64,000 bases of DNA, from contig NW_003314270.1 of NCBI RefSeq assembly GCF_000143415.4, positions 1,106,722-1,170,721 on the forward strand, given 5' to 3'. Positions 40,439 through 50,899 of the stretch are shown here, one piece after another. This DNA is from Selaginella moellendorffii (lineage: Eukaryota > Plantae > Lycopodiophyta). A program made the translations under genes and the position numbers. Under the pieces are notes generated by a model, which made no database searches, was not told the DNA's origin, and saw only the letters and a program-made list of their open reading frames with translations. Each line of letters starts with the position of its first letter. Position 1 is the first letter of the stretch.

Positions 40439-41302
40439 ATGGTTATGGTTTTAATTTTTAGTTTACTATTTTTATTAATTGTATGTTCTAATTGTATAAC
40501 TAAGTATTATGATCATCCACAAGCTATTTCTATTAAATATAGGCAAACAACTATTTTACCTTTAATATTTGATCTTATAGAAAATGTTGATAAAAAGGAA
40601 GATTTATTAGTTGGATTTTCACTATCACATGTAAAATTTGAGAAAGATAAAACTTTAATTGTGACTATAAGTGCTTTAGATATACAAACTCAATATAAAG
40701 ATAGTATAATAGCTTGCACTATAATTGTTAATTTATCAAAGCGTTTCAAAGGAGATTATTTACAAAATCAATTTTATTATATTTTTAAAAATTATGTTAT
40801 AAATGATTTAGTTACATATGGTTTAGCAGAATATATATCTGAGAGATATTTAATATCTTATATAGTAGATAATGATGAATTATATACCACTAATAAAACT
40901 ATTAATTCACTCACTATGAATTTTAGAGATTGTAATATTTATATAGTTTGCATAAGAAGTGGACCAATTTTCTCAAGTTTTTCGCATATAAAAAACGGAA
41001 ATTTTCTTCAGTCTCCAAATCACCAATATATTTTGTATATGCAATATGATTGTAATTTAGTGCTATATAAAGGGTTATATGTAATTTGGGATACAAAAAC
41101 CAATAACATGGGTAATGGATGTACTCTTTATTTAAAAAAAGATGGTAACCTTGCAATTTATGATTTAAACAACAAACTTATTTGGTCAAAATACTTTTCT
41201 TCACAGAATGAATGGGTTACATATGCACTTTGTGTTGAAAATGCAGGATATTTTGTTGTTTCTGATACTATCTTGCAAACTTGTATATGGAAATCAAATT
41301 AA
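40439..41302 (+). CDS. Secreted chimeric lectin: unknown N-terminal domain + bulb-type (GNA-like) mannose-binding lectin domain
   Basis: Signal peptide. C-terminal LQSPNHQYILYMQYDCNLVLY...IWDTKT...GCTLYLKKDGNLAIY...IWKSN has a QxDxNxVxY motif and the GNA-like Cys pair. Intronless, very AT-rich. Confidence 0.85.
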   Translation: MVMVLIFSLLFLLIVCSNCITKYYDHPQAISIKYRQTTILPLIFDLIENVDKKEDLLVGFSLSHVKFEKDKTLIVTISALDIQTQYKDSIIACTIIVNLSKRFKGDYLQNQFYYIFKNYVINDLVTYGLAEYISERYLISYIVDNDELYTTNKTINSLTMNFRDCNIYIVCIRSGPIFSSFSHIKNGNFLQSPNHQYILYMQYDCNLVLYKGLYVIWDTKTNNMGNGCTLYLKKDGNLAIYDLNNKLIWSKYFSSQNEWVTYALCVENAGYFVVSDTILQTCIWKSN

Positions 41303-41442
41303 CAAATTTTTTAAATTTCTTAGAATTTGAGTGTAATAACAATCTACCGTTTTTTTAATGAAAACAATACAATCAAAAAAAGTTGGTGAAAGATCTCACA
41401 AAGGGCAAGCAAAGGAGTTCACTTAACATCATGCAAAGCATG

Positions 41443-41550
41443 NNNNNNNNNNNNNNNNNNNNNNNNNNNNNNNNNNNNNNNNNNNNNNNNNNNNNNNNNN
41501 NNNNNNNNNNNNNNNNNNNNNNNNNNNNNNNNNNNNNNNNNNNNNNNNNN
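41443..41550. other. Assembly gap (N run)
   Basis: Run of N characters. Confidence 1.
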
Positions 41551-41560
41551 CATTATCTCT

Positions 41561-43351
41561 TTAGCGAGCGAGCAAGTGCTTGTATCCCTGTGGATGCTTG
41601 TTCATGAGCTTTCCATACGATCCGGGGCTCCCAATTCCAATCCTCTGGTGCTGCTGGAATCGCTTCTTCGATCCAAAGAGATCTTCGTTGGCGGTGGAGA
41701 ACGAGGACGACGACTGTGATCCAAGCTCGAACGGCGCGGGCAACGCCGACATGGAGAGAAGAGGAATCCTGCTTCGCTGCGGCCTGCCGCGAGCGCTTGA
41801 GCTCCTCGAAGTGTTCCCCGGCTGCCACTCGCTCAGGCTAAAACTCGTGCTCCTCCCTCTGGAAGCCGTGGAGAGAGAGCTCGAGAGCTTCTTGGCTTCG
41901 TCCATGAGCGCTACTTCCCAGTCGGATGATTCACAGTTGTTGGTCTTGAGATTTCCCGCGGCTGGATTGTCTACTGCTGCTGCTGCTGCTGTTGCTGCTA
42001 GAGACTTTCCATCCGTGTCGTTTGATGAATCGTCTCCTGGTGAAGCTTTCGGAGAACTCTTGAGATTTCCCGGGCTGCTGCTGCTGGCTGAAGAACTTTT
42101 CTGGTTTGCTCGAGTTCCACCCTCTTCCGAGCTCGATGCAAAAGTTTCCCACGAGCTCTCGGTCTCGGAAGCCGTCGAGAAAAGAGGCTGCTGTTGCTGC
42201 TGCTGCTGCTCCAAGCTGATCAAATCCACGTTCTGCTTCGGCTTCCCGTCGAGAACAATTGGAGCTATCTCGTCAACTTCTTCGCTTGTTTTCCCGTCGC
42301 TGCTCGCCGTATCAACTTGGTCGGTGTTCCTGCGGGTGGCGTCCTTCAAGTAGTCCTCGAGTAGGACCAGATGCTCGCGAGAAACCTTCTGGACGGACGG
42401 GTACTCCGATCCGGAGCACATTCCCATCTCCCGGCAGTTCTCATACAACTCTCCCAGAGCGTCAGCCTGCTTCCCGAGCCGGCTGTAAATCGCGAAAGTT
42501 TTGAGACCATCCTTGTGAACCATGAGGAAGAACTCGTTTAGCAGCGTGCTTGTGCCATCGCAGACGTGAGCGTAGACCCGGAAGCTGTCTCGCAGGATCA
42601 AAGTGAGAGCCGACCTCACCAGAGGATGGCGGACTTCCACGCCCGACGAGCAGCCAAGGACGTGCTCGAGCAGATGTTGGAGCACAGGAACTCGCTTGAG
42701 CAGCATTCCAATCCCTGCGTCGGTCTCAGACACCGAGCTCTGGCTCTTCTGGTGCTGCTGGACGAGCTCGTCCTGCTTGTACGTCGTGTAGTCCACTCTA
42801 TAATCATTGAAGTCCACGACTATATTCCCCGCAGCCTGGCCAAGGGAACTATCCTGCGATGCAGCCCCCAGAACAAAGCAGTCGAGCCACTCGTCGATGT
42901 AGAGAGCATAGTTCCGGACAAAGGAGCTGCACAGCTGCGCCAGAGGATCCTTTGATTCGTCCTTGAAGCTTGAGGAGCTGAGCATCCTCCTGCTAGCCAG
43001 CATTAACTCGTCGTCGAAGCTCGAATCCATCACTGACGAGTCTTGGAGTAGCAGCCTGTGAATTACCAGCAGGACCTTCAAAGCCACCACCCAGTTCTTC
43101 GTTTTGCTCAGCCTTCTAGCGAGTAGAGAGACGCAGACGCTGGCGTATCCTCTGGAGAAGGACATCAAGTAGACTATCTCCAAGATATGCTTGTCGTCCA
43201 CCATCACCAGTTCGTCGTGGCTAGTGGCTTTCACAATTGCGATTTCCAGAGCTGGAACATACCGAGATCTGCTGCTGCTCACTCTGGCTAGTCCAATACT
43301 GGCCTGGTCTTTCACCGCTCCAAGTGCACGTCGAAGCAAACCTTGCACCAT
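41561..43351 (-). CDS. ANTH/PICALM-type clathrin assembly protein
   Basis: LRRALGAVKDQASIGLARV, LEIAIVKATSHD, LARRLSKTKNWVVALKVLLVIHRLL and FVRNYALYIDE. Intronless CDS; stop lies next to the gap. Confidence 0.92.
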   Translation of the reverse strand: MVQGLLRRALGAVKDQASIGLARVSSSRSRYVPALEIAIVKATSHDELVMVDDKHILEIVYLMSFSRGYASVCVSLLARRLSKTKNWVVALKVLLVIHRLLLQDSSVMDSSFDDELMLASRRMLSSSSFKDESKDPLAQLCSSFVRNYALYIDEWLDCFVLGAASQDSSLGQAAGNIVVDFNDYRVDYTTYKQDELVQQHQKSQSSVSETDAGIGMLLKRVPVLQHLLEHVLGCSSGVEVRHPLVRSALTLILRDSFRVYAHVCDGTSTLLNEFFLMVHKDGLKTFAIYSRLGKQADALGELYENCREMGMCSGSEYPSVQKVSREHLVLLEDYLKDATRRNTDQVDTASSDGKTSEEVDEIAPIVLDGKPKQNVDLISLEQQQQQQQPLFSTASETESSWETFASSSEEGGTRANQKSSSASSSSPGNLKSSPKASPGDDSSNDTDGKSLAATAAAAAVDNPAAGNLKTNNCESSDWEVALMDEAKKLSSSLSTASRGRSTSFSLSEWQPGNTSRSSSARGRPQRSRIPLLSMSALPAPFELGSQSSSSFSTANEDLFGSKKRFQQHQRIGIGSPGSYGKLMNKHPQGYKHLLAR

Positions 43352-44407
43352 CTCTGCTGCTGGGAATTGAATCGAAATTCTTACCAATTTATCATCTTGG
43401 CTATACTTGCTTGCTACACTTGCTTGCTCATCTCCAGCGGGATTGCTTTCTACTTTCCCCTGAAAGGAAAGAGATTTGGTCTTTCACTGCAGCTCTGAAA
43501 ATTTTCAAGCAACCCGAAAGCCAACCAATTTGAAATCCCACACGAACAATGCCAGGACCCTCAATGCAAAGAATCTATAACAGCTACGGGACACCTTCCA
43601 TGCATGGTCCACAAAAAAAAGAGAGAGGAAGCCTTCCATACACTAGCAAGAAAAATGAGTCTGTAGCGAAAAAAGTGAGGAAAGCTGAGAGGAGAACAAC
43701 CAGCTATTACTCAACACATCGAAAAAGACACTCCTCACTGTTCATCGTGAAAAGAAATCGGTATTCTTTTTCTTAGCTAATGATCACGAAATGTGGCTTC
43801 CCGAACAACTAACGCGACTCAAACATGCAACCTTACCTTCAAATCGCTGCCGGTGGTACATCCAGTTCCAAAATTCCCATCCAGCTCGAGATTTCACGAA
43901 GTCGCTCCCACACGACGCTGACATTTATCTAATCCTGCAACAGCCAGGCTTTAGAGTTAAGTATTCGAGAACGGAGAAAAGCAAGGAGCAAAAAGAAAGA
44001 AAGAGCTCAAGTGCTTTAAGTGATGGCTTGCCTTGGTGGTGATGAATACCTCCAATAAAGAAGCCTTCCCTTTAACCTGGAACCAGACTGAGCACAGGTC
44101 ACACATTTCCTTGCGCGGAGGAAGAATTCCGCCCACCGTCTCACATGCTCCTCACACTACATAAACGCACAGTTCCTTCTCCAGCTCCTTGTCATTAATT
44201 CTCAGCTGTCCAAAAGGCCACCCCAGCGTGCCCAGAAGCTTGCAACCACTTGGGAGTAAACACCAGGGCAGTAAGCACTAGGAAAAAAAACGAATAGCTG
44301 CAGAGCCCAGAACAGAGGTTGGTGATCGTCTTCAAATTTGCTCCTAAAAGTAAAACCACACCTTGAGAGGCAAAGCAAAGCAAAGATGAAGAACCTACCA
44401 GGGGTGC

Positions 44408-47400
44408 TTATCCAGCTTCCTCCAACAGTATCTCATACACATCGGTGCGAATGCGCAGCTCCTTGTCGCGCATGATATCTACAAGGTCGGACAATTCCTT
44501 GACGCTAAGAACAGTGCTCATCTTCTGGAAACCATCTATCCACAATGCTTTGGACCTTCAAAAAAGGCTCGTTTTAGTTAGTAACTTCAAGCACTGACAT
44601 GAATGCTAGCAAACGTACCATGGACATGCATGGATTGCGCGAAAGAAAACACGTCGGGCACCTTCATTATTGTTCTGCGCGAGCTCATACGCAACGTACA
44701 AGCGCCATAAAAGAACGGAATGCTGGCTTCCACAGGCATCTAGCGCACGCTCAAACACATTACGGACGCGAGAGGTTGCTCCAGCACTGGGGACCTCGCA
44801 GGACAATGCGAAAATCCACTGTAAGCTCGATTGTTTCCTGCAAGGCCATGCAAACTCGTTTTAGAGGAAAAGGGCAGACGTGAAAACCGACCCACCTCTG
44901 CGATAATTTGTCGATAAAGCGACGCGTATCATTTGCGAGAGTGTTTTGCTTGAATGAAGTGAGGAGTTTCAAGTTGAATGGATACTGCATAGCTCCCTCT
45001 TTCACAACTTGTCGAATAAGTGTCGGCTTTACCCAGTTTTTCTGGCTTTCAAGCATGGTAGTATAGCAATGCAACAGACGTTCGTGATGAACGTTTTCTT
45101 GCAGACCATCTGAACAGGAAAAAGAAAGATCAGACCTGTTTTAAATGAAAAATAAAAATAAAAAATTGGTGGCTGAAGTACCTTGCACGGGCATTGACAA
45201 AATTTGTTGAAAAATCGAGGTGGCAGGCTGCCATCCTGCGGTAAGTTGCTGAAATAAAGCGGCACAAATCACCAGCGATGCCTCCGCCTCGCGCAATCTT
45301 CCAAGCGTGTAAATCTTTTGCAGTTGATCGTTATAGCCACGTCGTGCTTTTAAAACTTGTGTCCCGCTCAGAGTGGAAAAGTTCGGTTGATACGGATCAC
45401 CGAGTCCTAGAAAGTGTAGAATATACAGCACCCTTTGATAATCTTGGGTGTTAGTGCCACACTGTGCCATCTCCACTTCGGCGTACGCAAGGTAGATAGA
45501 AGAAGCATCCGATTGTGCTTCCTAGAACAAAACAGCTCAGGAAAAGGAAAAAAGAAAACGTTTCAGGAAAACTTACCTTTGGAAGAGCACTCAAAGATGT
45601 CAGCGCGGTGTCAAATATTTTCCTTGCAACGTCAACATTTCCAGTAGACGCTTCAAAGCAAGCGTATGCTGCCCATAGCGTAAGATCCTAAAAAAGATTA
45701 TTTAGTACACGATGTATCAGCGCGAAGCTTCTTACCTGTCGACTGGCTTTCAGTAACTTCTTTGCAAGAGCTCGAGAAGCACTAGAGCCGTCATTGCCGT
45801 CATTTTCACTGGCTTCCAAAGCTTCTAAAGAAAGGAGCACCTCCTGAAAGTGTAGATTGTGTGATAAGATGTCCTTCAGCAGGAAAACCGTATTGCGGAC
45901 AAAGCGCGCCCGGCCCTTCGACTCTTTGATCCAGTCTTTTGGAAACACAAGATTTCCCAGGCCCTGAATGTCAGTGCTTGCGTTTAGGATGTCTGAGGTT
46001 AAAACCTCCAACGAGTCAATTCGTTCTTTATACCCGAGTGCATTGGAGCAACACCTGGAACAGGAAACCAGGTTAAATAAGGAAGAAAAATAGACAAAAT
46101 ACCATTGAAACAAAGGCACGTTGCAGAACTCGAGAAATTGGCCCATGAGATAGAATTTTCCTTGCACGGTCGTCAGTGTAAAGAGATTTTCTCTGATGTC
46201 GTCAAATAGGACCATATTTTCCAGTCCCTCGTCCTCGTCCTCATCCTGATCATCTCCTGCTGCTCTTCATACATAAAAGACTATCAGGTAAGCCAAAAAA
46301 ACTGAAATAAAAACACACATATATATATATAGCTCGTTACCTCGACCGCTGCTTGACAGGAAGCCACTGTGAACAGGCACGCTGGCTTTCTTCCTCGGAC
46401 CAGCGTTTCCAAATACGAGAGTCTTTGACTTCCACATCTTTCGTCAAGTCGAGATTGAGTCCAAGCTTTTCAAGCAACGCTGCATCGTCTTCTTCCTCAA
46501 TCTCGTCATTTTCTTCCGCGTCGTCAACTTCCTGTTTCATGCTCGACTCGGCCGCTGGTTTCTCCATTCCAGTCTTTGTCACTTCATTGGTTTCTTTCCA
46601 TCCAGCCCAGCTGCTTTCTTCCTCCATTTTGTGTGCAGTCATTGCTTTAGCGTTTTGAATCTGCTCTTCTTTCTGCTCCATCCAAGTGTTCCATCCTACT
46701 GCACCGGCTTCTCCAATCCTTGGTGCACCACTATTCCAAAACGACTCAAACAATCTCAGTTTGTTGTTCTGAGAAAGCTGGATAAGCGGACAGAGAAAGC
46801 TATACTCGAACTGTGCTTGGAAAAGGCCAACCGCTAGCTCATGGTGACCGGTTTGCCACTCGAAACGGCAAAGATCCAGAAAAATTGCGATGATTCCAAC
46901 TTCTGCTTCTGCAAGCTTTGAAGTATCATCTCCGATTAAACGCTGAAAGAGGAAGACAAAAATTTAATATGCATGCATATTAAGAAGAAAAAACTTACCT
47001 CCTTTTGTTGCCGATTACGAGCAGCAGCGAGAGCCTGAAGAGCTTGACTGTACAGTTTTCTAAGAGCCGATACCGAGAACTTAGAAAATGTGGATCGTCG
47101 GAGTCTCAAAAATTCCCACCATAGACGATAGCTGCCGCTATGTCTCACGATCATCCGCTCCCATTTCGATATCAGCGTATCGAGATCATCTTTCCTTCTG
47201 CACGTCTCCAGGTACAAGAGAATCAGCTCTTCACTGTTCGGATGATGCTCGAGGGCTTTCTCTAAAAGTAAAATTTTCTTGTCAATCGCATGCTGGACCA
47301 TTGTCTTTCGCTTTTCTGCTTCGATGAGTTCGTCCTGTGCATTACAAGATTTTAGAGCATGCCAGAGAAATAGCTCGTGTGTACCTGAAATTTTGCGAAA

Positions 47401-48450
47401 CTGATCCACACACTCTCATCCCCGGGCTTTTCGTGCGTAAGCTGGTTGAAAGATCTCAGCTTGTCTAGAACGTAATCGTCCCAGCTCTTCTCTTGAGGAA
47501 TCTCTACCTGGTTCTCAACCTCGCCTTCGTTCAAGTTTAGAGCGATGAAGTTGTCATACAAGGCTCCTGCTTCATGCCTCGTTTTCTTTGAGCGCAAAGC
47601 TCCAAAGCACAAACGTTTAAAGTCCCGACGCCTCTCCAACGAAGCCACCTTTGACGACCAATACCGGCCATTTGTTCTCACTGACTCCTCCTGCGAGCAG
47701 CTATCACCCTCCGGACTAACCAAGTCCAATCGTCTCCTCCATAGCCTTTCTTCCAAAACTTCCTTGCTCTGGTGCAAATGGTATCGAGCAATGTCGTGTC
47801 TACACAATGAAGAAGTTCAAGCTTTCAAACCAGATTGCAAAGTAGGAAGAACAAGAAAAGAAATTACCTGTACAAGGATTCGAATGCTAGATTGTCTTTG
47901 TCTCCCCGAAAATCAAAGTACCAGTCCTTCCCAGCATCCCCAGCCCATATACCACCACTGGCTTTCCTCTCGGAGCGAGTTCCTTTGAGAGCACCGATCA
48001 CAGTGTCCTCAGATTGCTCTTTCTTCTTGTGCTTCTTCCTCTGTTTGTCCTCCTTATCCTTCTCTTTCTTTCGTTTCTTCTCCTTGCCCCCATCTTTCTT
48101 CTCTCCCAGTGGCTCCGCGTCATCGCCATTTGAGTCGGATCCATCGCCTTCTCTAAAACTCGGCTGTGCTACCGCTACACTTACAGGACGAGGTGGAAGA
48201 AGCGATTCGGAGAAGCTGGCATTGCTCAGCCATGTTGGAGCCTCAGCATCGAAATGCTTTGCCTGGAAAAATCCAGAGGAAAATGCGATTAGAACAACGC
48301 TGCATTTGTTGTTCGAATCGAAATTTCTCGCCTCACCTGTAAGATCGGGAAGAGCGATCCGGCTGCCGACGCGGGGAAGAGCGTCTTGATTTTAGCTGGA
48401 GCGAACGAGGATGAAGCCGCGGATGGCTGCTCTTGGCGCTCTTCCTCCAT
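44408..48450 (-). CDS. NRDE2: Nuclear exosome regulator NRDE2
   Basis: APTWLSNASF, KILLLEKALEHHPNSEELILLYL, FESFWNSGAPRIGEAGAVGW, RRVFFRAIHACPW|SKALW and MRDKELRIRTDVYEILLE. Multi-exon. Confidence 0.92.
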
Positions 48451-48498
48451 CGCTAGCCCTAATAACCCTAAAATCTGATAAGAAAGAAAAGAGAATCT

Positions 48499-50062
48499 TT
48501 AAACACTATCAAGGGATATTTCAAGCTGGAGCGTGGAAGACTTTGCTGGGTTTCCATGATACAATGTCATTGTTCTTGAGCTCGCGTCAAACACGACGGT
48601 GACGAGTGTGCATAGTTTTGGACCTGTGATCACGAAAATCTTCTCAAGAAACGCGAAGGAGTTCAAAGTACCTGCCATGTAGATTGGATATAGCTCGTCA
48701 CTGCCATCGCCAAGAACAGCTAGAATCTCCTCCAGCGAGTTCTTTGGCATCTCAGCGGCTCTTTTCTCGCGATGGAGAGAGCTATCGTTGGAAACCTGCT
48801 GGAATCGACTTGTTTAGAATGCTTTGAAGCGTTATGGGAATTACCTGTGAGACATCCAAACGTAGGTACATGTTTGCGTGGAAGTATGGCGCTTCGGAGA
48901 TTTGCAGATATGTAAAACGCTGCTTGGATGCTGTCTCGACGTTGAAAATCATTTTGGCGTTGATGTCTAGCAAGTTATAGCAGTGTCCAGCAGACAATGT
49001 CGGATTTTGTATCCTCTGCAAGGTAACTCTCGCTTGAACGTGTAGACAAAAACCAAAAGAAATGCATTGTTTGTACCTTCAAAGCATCCGTGAAATCCTT
49101 CGCTTCCAGCAGATCTCGCGAGACAAAGTTCCTTCCAACACCACCGCGAACAGTCTCGCTTGGAGCAAGAGGAACTGCGTTTAAAGTAAAAGCCTGACCA
49201 GAGCATCGAAACACTTTCGTGAAAACCAAAAAGTGTGAGCCCAGAAAACCAGAGCAAACACGCAAGAACAAGAAAAACTGTACAACCATTTTGCTCACCA
49301 CACCGAAGCTGTTGAATCCAAACGCACAAGTTGGAAGTTCTCCAGCGTAAGTGTATGCGAAGAATGAGACTCCGTGTGGAAGAACAGCGTGAAGAAGGAA
49401 TGCATGGCCTTCAACTGAAACGTCCGCATCTTCGTTGTGTGCCACCACAGTTAAATCGGGTCTGCAAACGAGGATATCGGAGCATTCCACCGCTTCCAAG
49501 TTCACGTCTCTGGCCTTTGCTACTTCGGTTGGTAAGAAAGGAAAAATCTCCTTGCGAAGATTCAAGAGCAGCAGCTGAGAAAAAAACGATACAAGAGCTT
49601 AGAACAATCGATCGAAAGAAAGAAAGACTTTCCTTTCCTTTCTTCTATCTCTCCAAGGAATTTTTCTTACCTCGAGAAACGAAGCACCACTTCCATCGGC
49701 TATGCCACGAAGCTCGTCCCAGTAACGAGGAAACGCATTCCTGAAAGAACAATGGAGGTACATTACGTGAGAGCAACGAACAAAAAAATACAAAGACCTG
49801 TTCGTGGCACTAAGATCGTCAACAAGCTGCTCGCCATCGCTCGTTCGAGAAAACGGCACGAGCTGCGATCGAACAAGAGGATCTTGCTCCAATCTCCTCT
49901 CGATCATCGCCGAGAAGCGCTTCCCAATGGCGAGCCCCATCTCGTATGGCTCCATCGCCTCCAGCTTGATCACAGGCAAAATCTCCCCTGCAAGAAAGTG
50001 ATTCGCACATTCCCGCATCGAGATCGATGAGATTTACCGATTCGATCGATCGGCAACGGCAT
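48499..50062 (-). CDS. Peptidase C45 / acyl-CoA:6-APA acyltransferase (AAT)-like Ntn-hydrolase
   Basis: YEMGLAIGKRF, FPRYWDELRGIADGSG, ECSDILV (Cys nucleophile), AHNEDA, YAGELPTCAFGFN and GRNFVSRDLLEA. Exon 1 starts MPLPIDRI at 50062. Confidence 0.88.
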
Positions 50063-50162
50063 TGCTGGAATCCACGAGCATGCGCGGGGGCGCCACACAA
50101 AATAAAGTAAAAGAAGAGGAAAGTGGCTTTTTGGATTTTAGGGTTCTTGGTGCGATCTAGCT

Positions 50163-50429
50163 ATGGCGACGACGGAGGAGCAATTCAAGAAGGCGGCCGA
50201 GGATGCGCTCAAGCTGCCGCCGACGACGACCGACGCGGACAAGCTCATCCTCTACGGGCTCTACAAGCAGGCGACGGTGGGCAACAACGAGACGAGTCGG
50301 CCGGGGATGCTGGATTTCAAGGGCAAGGCCAAATGGGACGCCTGGAAGAAGTGCGAGGGCAAATCTGCCGACGATGCCATGAAAGATTACATCGCCAAGG
50401 TGGAGCAGCTCATGGAAGCAACCGCTTAG
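50163..50429 (+). CDS. ACBP: Small cytosolic acyl-CoA-binding protein (ACBP6-like)
   Basis: DKLILYGLYKQATVG...RPGMLDFKGKAKWDAWKK...AMKDYIAKVEQL. Confidence 0.97.
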   Translation: MATTEEQFKKAAEDALKLPPTTTDADKLILYGLYKQATVGNNETSRPGMLDFKGKAKWDAWKKCEGKSADDAMKDYIAKVEQLMEATA

Positions 50430-50899
50430 ATTGTGATCCTGGTAAGCACTTTTCTTTTCTTTCCTTGCTCTTCTCTGACGTTGATGGATGCTAATCTGCC
50501 TTTTGGATGTCGAGTGAATTTGTGGGCTTGCTGTCTGGATCGCGATTCATGCTAAAGTCTGGGTTGTTTGGCATGCCAGATCTGGGATATTGATTCACAA
50601 GACCATGGTTTTTAAATATTGCAAGTCTATAATCACATGCAAATTAAATGCAAAAGCTGGATTGGATAAATTTCTACCTTCTTTATTTTGTGCTTTTATA
50701 TAGACTTAGAGGATACTAAATTTCTAGATGGATAGGTTTTAAGTTTTATAAAAAAAATATATAATAGTTATATAGTAAAAAGGAAGTTTTTTTGGTTCTA
50801 TCAGAAATATTACTTTGATATAATTAGGAATAAGAATACTAATTTGCTTATATACAGAAATGGATGGGTAGGTTAATTATATAGGGATATATATATATA

